From positions 620,001 to 684,000 of the forward strand of contig JBNJNM010000012.1 in NCBI GenBank assembly GCA_052426225.1: DNA of 64,000 nt. Direction: 5' to 3'. Made by a program: the position numbers and the translations under genes. Positions 33,254-45,152 of this stretch are shown piece by piece (positions within the stretch are counted from its first letter, which is position 1; each line of letters begins with the position of its first letter). Below the pieces are notes generated by a model. The model searched no databases. It worked only from the letters and a program-made list of their open reading frames with translations, and was not told the DNA's origin. The stretch comes from Zancudomyces culisetae HAW-14-8. Its lineage: Eukaryota; Fungi; Kickxellomycota.

Positions 33254-35728
33254 ATGCTACCACAGGCTCAGAATTTGGAGGGAACCTGGGAGTTCTTAAA
33301 AGAGGGTATACAGCAAATTCTGCAGAGGCTTTCAGAAGGATTATCATACGAAAAATACATAAATCTATATACAGCCGCGTACAACTATTGTACTTGCACA
33401 AATACCACCGTTCTAGGATCCAGAGTGTACAACGAGGCCAATCGAAATGCACATATTCTTGGTAGTGAGCTATACAAAAAGTTTTACTGTGAAATCAAGG
33501 AACACAACACATTTCTATTGGAAGAGCTACAGAAATACGAGGGGCCTCAGCTGATCAGAGAGTATGCCAAGGAATGGAGCAAGTATACATTTGCAGCAAA
33601 CATTTTGACACGCATCCTTTCATACTTGAACAGGCATTGGGTAAAACGAGAAATCGATGAGGGGAGACTAGCTAAGGATATATATAAACTTATGCTAGCT
33701 ACGTGGAGTGAGACAGTGTTTGAGGGGATATATACCAAGATTATTGAGGCTATTCTGTACCAGATTGAATTGATGAGAAATGAAGAGATCATCGAGGCTG
33801 AGCCAATAAAAATATTTGTGGACTCTTGTGTAGAGATTGGGGCTAAGGAGGCTGCGACAGAGGCACAAACACTGGAAAGATACAGATTCCGCTTTGAACA
33901 GCCATTAATAAAGGCGTCAAAGGAATACTATGACAGGGAAAGTAGGACTTACATGTCAACCCACACTGTGGTTGAATATATGAGCAGGGCAAAATACAGA
34001 ATTGAATCAGAAGAACGTAGGATAAAACAGGTGATCCATAGCACCACTTTGGGGCTGGTTATGGAGACCATCGAGGTATCGTATGTAAGCAACCACTTGG
34101 AAAAGATGGAAGCCGAATCGATGATACTGTTGGGTAACCAGCAATATGACGATTTGCGCAATATGTACTTCCTGCTTACAAGGGTGCCTACCGGACTTCA
34201 GGTGGTTAGATTGATGTTTTTGGGGTACGTAAAAACTAAAGGGTTAGCATCTGTAGAGCAGCTACAACCCGAAAAGGATGGGTCTGTAGATCCATCTGCA
34301 TATGTAGGTGCATTATTTGGTGTGTACGAAACCTTTGCTGATGTGTGCAAAACGGTATTTTCACAAGATTCTGGGCTTGTAGCTTCTTTAGACCAAGCGT
34401 GTAAGGAATATATCAACTCCAATGCCGTTACAAACCGTCCAGGCCCTCAATCTCCAGAACTCCTCACCAAATATATTGATAGCTTGTTGAAAAAGGGGTC
34501 AAAAGTATCTGACGACGCCGAGCTTGAGTTAAAACTAAACCAAGTCGTAAGTTCAAACTACTACTCTAATTCTAACACTAAATCTATGCCTTCATTTTTT
34601 TTTGCCTATGCCTACTTGGTAGCAAAGTGGATTAATGGAGGATTAGATATATCGATCAATTACTTAATATTTAATTTCTAACATTGTATATACTACACAC
34701 TATGTTAATTTTAGGTAACAATTTTCAAGTATTTGGAAGACAAGGATTCATTTCAAACATTTTATAGACGAAGCTTGGCTAAACGGCTTGTTAATGAACT
34801 GTCCACTTCATTTGATGCTGAGCAAAAGATCATCTCTAAATTTAAAGATGTTTGTGGCTTTGACTTTACCCATAAACTGGCACGAATGTTTAACGACATT
34901 GAACTGAACAATGAATTGAACACGCAATTCCGAACTAAAATGACTCGCTCGCCTCCATTTGATTTTTCAGCAAAAGTTTTCAATACTGCCGCCTGGCCCC
35001 TGACTATGGCTCCCTATTGTGCCAATTTTATTGTTCCACAAGCTCTAACAGAAGCTGTAAACGGCTATACGGACTTTTACACTGATAGGCATAAAGGCCG
35101 TAAGTTGAATTGGTTGTGGCAGTTTTCTAAAGCTGAAGTCAAAATAACACTACCCAACAACACCGACCCCAAGCGGATGACGTATATGTTCTCCGTATCC
35201 GTCTTCCAGCTTGCTATAATGCAGCTACTAAATTCTAGCCCCACTCGTACCATCACGATTCAATCAATTCTTGATTCCACCAAGCTTCCCTATAATATAA
35301 TTGAATCCTCGCTTTCTACTTTTATAAAGAGCAGACTGGTTGTGATTTTGGACCCTGCGACAAAAAAGCCCACTGATGGTACGCTTTCCAGTTCCTCGTT
35401 GCTAAAACTAAATACGGCCTTCAGAAGCAAAAGACTGCGAATAAACCTGAACGCTCCAATAAAAGCTGATCAGAAGAAGGAATCTTTGGAAACATCTCAA
35501 GCCATCGCTGATAGTAGAAACATCTTGATACAAGCTACAATTGTCCGTATTATGAAGACCAGAAAGACTCTTAGTCACACTATGCTGGTTACCGAAACTA
35601 TTGCACATCTGACTTCCAGATTTAAACCCACTATTCTTGAAATTAGAAAGGGAATAGACACGCTTTTAGAAAAGGAATTTATTGAACGTGCTAGTGGCTC
35701 CAAGGACCAGTACAACTATTTGGCCTAG
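33254..35728 (+). CDS. CUL1: Cullin-1 (Cdc53), 2 exons
   Basis: Exons 33254-34546 and 34715-35728. Motifs LYTAAYNYC, YLNRHWVKRE, SPELLTKYIDSLLKK, FKYLEDKDSFQTFY, neddylation site IVRIMKTRK, ends YNYLA. Confidence 0.93.
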
Positions 35729-36887
35729 CCATATTGGTCATTTTTCTCTCTTTTTTATATATATGGCTCATAAGGCTATTCATCTGTTTGCTTTGTTATT
35801 CTATACTTGTTAAATGTAAACTTGCAAATGCTATTTTTTGCGCATCCACTATCACTAAATACCAAAGCATCTCTTTAGTTCTTGGATAATAGCTTGGGTT
35901 ATTTATCACCTTCTTTCTTGTAAATGCTTTTTGTTTCCTAAAAATGATCCACACACTTTTATTTTTTTGGAAGCTAACAACTGGGATACAAAGGGTTTGG
36001 GTTTATGTATAATTTAAAAACATGGTATTTCCTATTTTATTTTGCAATTCTCCCATTAAAAAAGGATACATAACTAAAACATTTGTCATTACCTTATAAT
36101 AAAACCTTTTGGAACATTGTAAGCAGTTCAAGGTTGTATAGTCATCATACAGATTTATTCTACAAAAATAAAACAATTGGTTCATTGATGTTATGCATAC
36201 ACACATATTACTGTTCATTTATTCACCTCAAGTGCTACACCCATTCGATTAGCATGCCATTATGTATCAGCTTTTTACCCTCGCACCTTTGTATCGAGAA
36301 CTATGTAGGAGTAATAGAACATTTTCATACCACACAGAAGAGAGAATAAGATAGCTGTGTTTATTCAAAGTTTTGAATATGTTGCTTTTGTTACTTTCCC
36401 TTTTATTTTAGTTTTTCAAGGCTACATGCAAAACATATACAGACACATTTGGCTGCTGAAAATAGACATTTGAAACCACCATACCGTATATCCTGTATTA
36501 TTCTCATCAAACTGGGTTAGCAAGCTATTATACATTGAGAAAAAAAAGCAGAGTGAAAGCTCGCAGATTTCTGTAATCATATTGTGTGGTGTGGTGTGGT
36601 GTAATACGCTTGAATTGATGCGTTTTGTTATTAGTTTTTGAATACAGTATTTATTGAACAGCGCGGAATTTGGTTTGTATTTTTGTTGCTATTTAGTACT
36701 GACAACCCTTTTCCTCCCTTCTCTAAAATATCTAAGGTTTAGTGTTGGAAGTAATATACACTCGTTTCTACCATCTTTTTAAACATATATCTTTGTTTGA
36801 TCAAGCTAAACTTGAGTAATTTAATGTAAATAGACATCAATATTTATATTTCACGGGTATAACAAAGGCTACTTCAACAATTCCGAA

Positions 36888-38078
36888 ATGCTGAAAACCA
36901 TACTGAATATCAAACTAATGCTTCTATTGGTGTTTATACACGTAATTCAAGCAAAAATCGACTGTAGTGGAGATTTCCAGGTACTTTCGCAATCAGATGC
37001 TAAAAGGCTTTCGTACTGCACTAAATATAAAGGGTCGATATATGTGAATAAAGTTGAAAGTGAAGAATTGGATTTTGGTAATCTCGCAGAATTATATGGT
37101 GAATTATACATTGTGGATAACTTTAATTTGAAATCCCTAATCTTAAACGGGCTTGCAATTGTAAATGGTTCTATTACAATCAGAGAAAACACCCAACTTA
37201 TGGCACTTTCAGTTCCTAAACTACACACGCTAATAGATTTATCATTATCAGATAATCCAAACCTCAGCTATCTAAATATACAGTCTATAACCTACATGAA
37301 CTCTGTTAGAATAGCACAAGTTGGAATTGCCGAGTTTGGTATACCAAAAATAGTACAGTTAGACTATTTGGATATAGAAAACAATGATGGTTTGCGTAAA
37401 ATTGAAATCCCAAGACTGAAAAAAGTTAATAGCTATGTAAAAATTTCAAACAACAATGCGTTATCCACAGCTACTTTCAACTCACTAAATGAGATAGATG
37501 GAAACGTAACATTCTCTGGTCTTTCGGCGATTAGCGCGCCAAAGCTGGGTGGGATTGCTGATAGCCTGGTGTTTTTGGAAAACACTTTTGAAAGCCTTGC
37601 CCTTGAAAAACTACAAGTTGTAGGAAAGGAGCTTCAATTGATAAGAAACGATAACATGAAGGCCTTTTCTTTTCCGAGTCTCAAAAAAATTGGCGGAGCA
37701 ACTATTATCCAAAACAACACAGAAATGACGGCTATTGACGAAAACTGTTTCCCTTCACTACAACAGCTGATTGGAAAGATGCTGCTAATTGGGCCATTGG
37801 AATACATAGCGATACCCGCATTGAAATCAACCTCAATACCAGTAACCATTACTTCCTCAGGAAACTTGGACTGTTTTGAAACCAAAAAAAGACATGAGAT
37901 AAAAGGAAGGGATAAGTGGGTCTGTAGTTCCTTAAAAAGTAAAAAGGATAAGGGTGAACCAAAGGAGGTTGACTTCAATAAATTAGTAGATAGTTCTTCC
38001 AATCCTCTAAAGCTGTTTGGAAATATTGGTTTTTTCATCGCTATATTATTCTTTACTATTTTGACTATTTTATTGTAA
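36888..38078 (+). CDS. Ecm33/Pst1/Sps2-like receptor L-domain cell-wall protein, probably GPI-anchored
   Basis: Signal peptide, Cys pairs, repeated L..L..V.G...I..N..L units, SSS omega-like site and hydrophobic C-terminus. Confidence 0.85.
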   Translation: MLKTILNIKLMLLLVFIHVIQAKIDCSGDFQVLSQSDAKRLSYCTKYKGSIYVNKVESEELDFGNLAELYGELYIVDNFNLKSLILNGLAIVNGSITIRENTQLMALSVPKLHTLIDLSLSDNPNLSYLNIQSITYMNSVRIAQVGIAEFGIPKIVQLDYLDIENNDGLRKIEIPRLKKVNSYVKISNNNALSTATFNSLNEIDGNVTFSGLSAISAPKLGGIADSLVFLENTFESLALEKLQVVGKELQLIRNDNMKAFSFPSLKKIGGATIIQNNTEMTAIDENCFPSLQQLIGKMLLIGPLEYIAIPALKSTSIPVTITSSGNLDCFETKKRHEIKGRDKWVCSSLKSKKDKGEPKEVDFNKLVDSSSNPLKLFGNIGFFIAILFFTILTILL

Positions 38079-38274
38079 ATAATATTTACTAAACTAAACT
38101 AAACTAAACTAAACCGAATCATGTGATTGTACTCTGTTGGTTTATTATCATTTTGTAGAAAAGAAAGTTAAAATAATGCAAAAACAGTATGCTCCAGAGC
38201 TTGCTTTTAGGCATCCAACCACCAATGCAGGAGTGGCAATGCTATACCTTTTGGTATTTTGCTGATGCTTTTCC

Positions 38275-39926
38275 TTATGGTGACGAAAGCTTGCCAACCA
38301 ACTCGTTTGAACTATCCTGTGACAAATCCCAGACCATGTAACCACCCAGCTTTTGTTCGTTTATATAGTTACGCTTTGCATAGATACTGTTACAGTTTTC
38401 AAATGTGATCCAGACTTTTTTTCCAGAGTTATATAGACTGGGAGATTTTGAATAATCATCCCAGATGTACTGGAACTCATTGCTCTTGTCGCCAAGCAAA
38501 AGTTCGTTGATTCCCGTGTAACTAAATATCCCATTTTCGATAACGCCAGGCAGTTCTCCAACACTGGGAACTCCACTAAATGCTTCACCAAGCCCACTAA
38601 CTGACCCACCTTTAGTTAATCCTACGTTGCTGAAACCTTTCCCGCTAAACGTAATTCCAAACACGAGTTTAGATCTATCTGCACCATTGTTAATGTAGTA
38701 TGAGATAATCTGATCACTACTGGTTTCGCAAGATTTATCCTTGTCGATAAAGAGGTTACTGTTGTATTGCGTAGTAGAACTCCATGCTCCACTATAATCT
38801 TATTTAGCAAAAAAATTCCGTTTATATAGTGCTCATACTTTCATATCTATTATTACCATACTTTGTGTATACTGTAAATATTGCTTAAATGCCGTTGACT
38901 TACCATACAACATAACGTTTATAAAATCGGTTAGCTGAGAAAATGCACAAAGGTCCAAATGCCTAATATTGCTAATCGCAGCAGGAAACGCAACTGATAT
39001 CAAATATCCGTCAGCTCTTTCGGCGTTACCATTTTTTGCTAGGTTAAACGCATCTCTGAGCTCCCTCACAAGGAGAACATAGTTGTTTGCGTCCTCCGGA
39101 GACCTGTTGTTACCCTCATCTCCTCCTTCGACTATATTTTAATTTTTGGTTAGTGCATCTCTTTTTGTCTTAAATAATTCGTATCCCACCCCCCCCCTCC
39201 CCCCCCCCCCTCACTGCAAAGATATTTTGGCATGATCAATTTTGAGATAAAAGATAACGTAAAGCTATTTGGAAAAAATATTTATAACCCACCTGGATAT
39301 TCCCAGTCGATGTCGACACCATCAAAACCATAATTTGTGACAAACTGAACAACAGAATCGATAAACCTCTTTCTATTTTCTTTGGTAGAGGCAACTATAG
39401 AAAAATCCTTTGACCAGCTCCAGCCCCCAATAGCTATCATTGTTTTGATGCTCGGGTTTTCTCGCCTGAAACTACCATTTCTACTATTAAAATATCCAAA
39501 GGCACCGCCAACTCCGTTATATTTGTCATTAGCGTCACCATAAGGCTTTTCAATATCTATTTGAATATTTTCAATTATTTTTTTTTGCAGTTAGGAGAAC
39601 TATTTATTCAAGGTATTAACAAGAAAGCATAGGCGTACCTGCCCAACTGTCACCGAGCGCTATTTCACCGTTAGTAATATTTGCAAACGCTATTTTTGTA
39701 GTAATATTACATCGAGTCAGTATATATTAAAACCATGCCAAATAGTATATGGTAAACCCAGACATCAAGAAGAAAAGTGCTTACCGTAAATTAAATGAGT
39801 AAAGTTCTTAGCGGGGACGTTTGTCGGCAAATAATTCCTACCGTAAATACCCCAACTGGCAAAGTAACCCACTCTTTTATATTCACAAGTCATTTTGTAC
39901 CAATTCTTATACCACCTTTTTGACAT
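38275..39926 (-). CDS. GH18 chitinase, ~5 exons (start codon uncertain)
   Basis: Spliced translation [32 protein letters not shown], catalytic [35 protein letters not shown]. Confidence 0.92.
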
Positions 39927-40639
39927 TCAATAAAATGAATATTTGTTCTCAGTAGTCCAAATAAAAGCTAAGAAAATCGCTTACTATTTATAGTCAAATA
40001 TTAACATATTTAGAACAAATGTAAATATTTGAACAGGCGTAAATATGCGTTGGTTAAATGATGAACTTACTTGCTCAAAAAACGAGATACAATAACCGCG
40101 TCAAAAGTTGTTGAGAATGTGCATTTCCCTTGTTATCATGTCGCCAGACCAACAGATAAACAGAATACCTCGTGTGGGTAAATTGTAAATTTTGCTTTCA
40201 GACGAGAATGCGTAGTAAATGGCTAGCTATGGGAGCTTTAACAATAACAGGGTTTTTGTTTAGAAAGCCTGAAATCTAGCTCACTTGATCAACAACTCTT
40301 GGTAATTGCATCTCTAACTGTGCAATTTCTGATTTGACTGTTGCAATTTTACTGAAATTCACACCTTCTTTCAAAGACAATTAGCCTGTAACATTAGAGA
40401 TTCCCAGAACAACCAAAATATGATGCAGCTATTTGCTGCATTTTTCACGCAAATCAAATTTGAATAAAATAGCCACCTTTTTTCTCAAAAAGTTTTTTTG
40501 TATTGCAAATCGCCAACTTCAGCTGGGAAAATATAAGCCGAAAAAAAAAAGAGGGAAATCAAACAACAAAACAATAAAAATCGAAATATATGGTACTTAC
40601 TACTTCGTATACTAATGAAATTTACTGCGCTATTTTGGG

Positions 40640-42431
40640 ATGAATAATACCTACACTCGCCCCTTTGAAATAGCTGGTACTTTTGAGGATCCAACCGGTT
40701 TATCAAAGGAGAAAGCTGCTTACGATAATTTTAGAATCTGCAAAGTATTTCAAGGAAAAGATAATTTTACTACATCGATTTCTTTTAATCCAAGCGGGGA
40801 ATTTGCAATAACAACTTCGACTAATCATACCTTGCAGCTCTATAATTGCGGTGATGGAACCCGAAAGAAAATAATACCTAGTCTAAAATACGGTTGCAAT
40901 TTGGCGGTATTTTCACAAGAAGATAAAGTAGTGTATGCGTCCACAAAGATTGATGACGCGTTACGGTATCTATCTCTAGAAACAAATGGATACATTAGAT
41001 ACTTTAAGGGCCACAAGGATAAGGTGACATCTCTGGTGTATATGCCATCTGTAGCAACATCTCTGAACCAATCTCTCGATTGTGAAAACAACAACTTTTG
41101 CTCTAATTCCGAGAGTTTAACAAACATCGACTATAATCCTTATACTGGAAACAACTATACAAAATCAAAGATAAAAAAGGGCTCCACACCAAGCCTAAAA
41201 GATGTATTTGTAACAGGATCGTTGGATAAAACCGTTAAACTGTGGGACCTAAACGTGGAAAGCAGTGTATTAAGTACCACTATTTCTGATTCACACGCAG
41301 AGTTTGGAATTAGCGTTGATTTCGACCCTACGGGAGTGGTAGTAGGTATTGCATCAGGCCATCAAATAAAGCTTCATGATATAAGGTACTTTGGCAAGGG
41401 TCCCTTTCTTAGCGCTGATATTGAAGCACAACTGAAAGATGATCTAAACACGCCTCAATTCCTATCGTTTGTTTCCTCCGAGCCTATAAAAAATGTCATT
41501 ACTGGGTTGAGGTTTGGAAAACTATCAGGTGAAAATATGATAGTATCAACAACGAAGGGCGACAAGTTTGTGGTTGATTCATTTAGTGGTAAAGTTTTAC
41601 TGAACTTAGAGAGTGTTCGCGATTCTAATTATCGCTATGATTCTGGTATACGCTCCTCCAACTACTACCAGCGTAATTCACATAACTTTGATTTTTCTCC
41701 TTGTGAGAAATATGTAGTTTCAGGAGACAACGACGGGAAAATCCGTGTATGGAACGTATACGATCCTTTAAATAAGCTGGTCCTTCGGGAACATAGTCTG
41801 GAAAAATCTGGGCTGAGTGAAACTTTGGTTGTCAAAAACTGTAGCCTTTGGGAAAGTACGCGTAAATCACCCGTTTATTCTTTGGGGCTGAGTCCGGGGT
41901 TTCTAATGGCGATATCGGGCTCTGATGATTTGGTAAGTTCCTCATTATTTTATACTTTTACGTTTTTTTAAATATTATTTTCTATTTTTTAAAAAAAAGA
42001 AAAACAACGACCTCGTTCCCCAGGTTTGCCTGAAAATTAGTATCATACTCTTTTTCTTCACCTTGGCATTCGGTGATCTATCACTAACCACTTAGGAGGC
42101 TGTTTTAATTGTGTTTATGGGCTTGCAAAAGCCTATTACCATATTTTAATGGGCTTTTATTGGTGTTTCTGGTTTTTAATGGTCGGAATAGAAACACAAA
42201 AGTTACTTTTATATGCTTATTGTGCTCAATATGCATAGACAGTGACTACTTCATGTAATTTTTATTCATTGCGATATTTTGTGGTATAAAGTTTGTTGTG
42301 CCTCGTTACCATAACTTACATGATGACATCTTTTTTATCAATGTTCACATTCAATAATTAACTGCCTGTACTTTATTTTAACATCAATTATAATATATAT
42401 TGTCAAATAGTCATTTTGGGAGCCATTTTAG
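40640..42431 (+). CDS. SWD2: WD40 protein Swd2/WDR82 (COMPASS/CPF subunit), 2 exons
   Basis: Motifs SLKYGC, ASTKIDDALRYLSL..NGYIRYFKGH, FDPTG, D.R.FGKGPF. Donor GTAAGT at 41933, acceptor at 42410, last exon SFWEPF* matches the family FW.P terminus. Confidence 0.88.
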
Positions 42432-43955
42432 CACTATTCACCTTTGATAGCCCACTTTGCTCTTAACTGTATACTAGCCTTTTGTTTTTTATAAAATAAA
42501 CACATCTTCATTTTGAGTATGTAATGGTGGGTTTTAAAGCAAAAATCAATGATAAAAAGTAGGTGCCCCGAAATATATTTTTTTCTAGTAACATATTGAT
42601 GATGGAAATTGGTAGTGAGCGAATGAAGTGTTTTTCTCACTTTTGCGTCGTTGAGCTTTAAAAGACAGCGTCTAAACTAGTATATTATACTCAAAATATA
42701 CCAACCTCATTGTTCAGACATGTGAGTAGGCAGCGCTCTAACCCTTTAGATCTCTTTCATATTTTGTTTTGTGCCAAATGTATATTCAATGCTACATGCA
42801 TCAGTAATGCATAAACCTGTGTCTTTTTCGCTTGATAAGCTATAAAGTCGTTTGAGGAGATCTTGTGGGTATTTTCCGAAACAAAACTTTTTCACCAAGT
42901 TTGCCTATAAGATTTTAGAAGCGTTAAATAACATTTATGTTTGCGATCTGAATTTTGCACCTATTGGGTTTTTCGTGGCACTGAATTTTCCTTTGGCTAA
43001 ACAAAAAAAGTCAATCGCTTTGTTTATTTTCTGATTGCAGTTGTAATCGAATTACCACACAAGTGTCAGTACTGTCGTAGGGGTAGACGTAGGAACATAA
43101 AACAAACTAAAGTATTAGATGATACTCTTTATAGGCGTGTTAGGAATGGTTTTTATTTAACTAAACAACAAGATTCACTAGGAAGTGTAGCGCTCTTCAC
43201 CATACTAACATTCAATATACATAAAGATAAACAACATACTCAGCGACTTCTCAATCCAAAACAAAGCATTTTTTTTCCTTGGCAGATCATAGGATGGCAA
43301 ATTAAAACAAAACATGACCAACATGGTAAACATGCCTATTTTGAAACACTAAAGCTCAAATATGGAGATAAAAACAGAAAATCGTGTTTAGCCATTAGAT
43401 GAAAAGCTAACCCGACACCACATAGTGCTTGCCTTATTTATGATCCTTTTAGAATTGTGTTTTTCTCCATTACGCCAGAGCTTACTTAAGCCAATACTGG
43501 AAACACCTGTATAACAGTTTAACTTGCACAAAAATGTTATTAAAGTATTTCTATCTTTTTTGTTTTGCCGTTTGCTTACTTTTTAGTTGGTTTGTTTATT
43601 TGTTTGTTTGTTTGTCCGCTTGCTTGTTTTTTTTTGTCTGCTTAGTCATCTGGTGATGTTTTGTCAGACGAGAAATATTAATACTAATGATAATTACAAA
43701 TGTTTGTTTGAAATTAACACACTTCCTGTTTTTAGAACCTGAATTAAAAAGTTAGCTCTGTAGTTCAGAAATGGTATAAATAAAATGTAAAACCCGTAGT
43801 TGAAAAGAGAAAATAGTTGAAAACAATTTCTTTCTTTTTTATTTGAAAAAAGTATATCAACTATCTTGAGTTTAATTTGTTATATATCCTAATAAACTTG
43901 TGCTATCAGTTATAATTAAATATAAGATAAGGAAACAGAAAAGAAAAGTGGAAAA

Positions 43956-45152
43956 ATGTTAATATTTGGAAAAGGTACGTATTGCTGTACTGTAATACTA
44001 GCAATGGGCGTGTCGTCCTTTTCCGTTCGTTCAGAAGTGGATGAACCAAAGGTAAAGGAGCCATCATCATGGACACAAAAGATGACAAAACTTAGTCTAC
44101 CAAGATCCAGATTGGCAGCAGCATCGGCTGGCAATAAGGTGGTTTTTGCTGGAGGTATTCTGGATAATATGAAAAGTACGAAGCTTGTAGATATCTATAA
44201 TACGGAAAGTAGCCAATGGAGCACTGCTGGGTTAGTCGAGGCAAGATCAGAGATTGGTGTTGGGTCATTCCTAAACGCGAGATACGCAATATTTGCGGGT
44301 GGAGTCAATGATAACTCTAAAGAGTCTGATGCTATAGACATATATGATGGTGTAAAAGATGAATGGCTGAGCTTCAAGCTTCGATACCCAAGAATAAACC
44401 CAAGAGTTCTTGATTTAGGAGATTCAATAGCAATTTACGGTGGAATAAAATTAACTCCGCCATATATATCCGACAAGATAGAGTATATCATCCAGGATGA
44501 AAACAAGTTTATTATTGATGGTGAAGAAACGATTGAGATGGATCGGCTGAGCTTTGGTGTTGGTATTAGCAACCCCGTAAAAAAAATGGCTGTTGTTGTC
44601 GGAGGCTATCAAAATAACAGCCCAGAGGACAAACATAGCGACTTTCAACCATCAAATTATACAGTATTTTTAAAAGAAACTGTGGCTCAGACAATTTCTG
44701 TGAGTTTATCTAATGGAGAACCTTTACCTGCGCCTAGATGGCGAATTAACGGGGCTTTTGCGTTTGGAAACTATGTATTTGGGGGTGGGGAATCATATGA
44801 TGCTGATAACAACGTACAATTGGAAAAAACAATAAATGTACTAGGTGAGGTTAGAAGAGGGGAATACAAGTGGATAGATGTGAAGGCAGAATTGAGTGTA
44901 CCAAGAGCCAGCGCATACGCCGGAGCACTCGAAAATTATATTTTATTCTGCGGAGGGTCGTCCTTGGATACCATTGATATATTTGATACCAGATCATTAA
45001 AAATTGTAGAAGAAAACAAGCTAAAAATGAAGGAACCAAGAGAAGATGCAGGTTATACCACTAATAACGGGTGTTTGATGATAATTGGTGGTGGAACTTT
45101 AAAAAACAATGTTTTGACCGACTCTGTAGAAATTATTGACGCCTGTGGATAA
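43956..45152 (+). CDS. Kelch-repeat beta-propeller protein with probable signal peptide, intronless
   Basis: About 6-7 repeats of L..(P/A)R....A...G..V.FAGG......VDIY....W. Hydrophobic N-terminus CCTVILAMGVSSFS. Confidence 0.85.
   Translation: MLIFGKGTYCCTVILAMGVSSFSVRSEVDEPKVKEPSSWTQKMTKLSLPRSRLAAASAGNKVVFAGGILDNMKSTKLVDIYNTESSQWSTAGLVEARSEIGVGSFLNARYAIFAGGVNDNSKESDAIDIYDGVKDEWLSFKLRYPRINPRVLDLGDSIAIYGGIKLTPPYISDKIEYIIQDENKFIIDGEETIEMDRLSFGVGISNPVKKMAVVVGGYQNNSPEDKHSDFQPSNYTVFLKETVAQTISVSLSNGEPLPAPRWRINGAFAFGNYVFGGGESYDADNNVQLEKTINVLGEVRRGEYKWIDVKAELSVPRASAYAGALENYILFCGGSSLDTIDIFDTRSLKIVEENKLKMKEPREDAGYTTNNGCLMIIGGGTLKNNVLTDSVEIIDACG

Noticed and set aside
42000-42165. RNase MRP/P RNA (AATGGGCTT resembles CR-V)
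   Set aside because: No GAAAGTCCC-like CR-I partner upstream to form P4.
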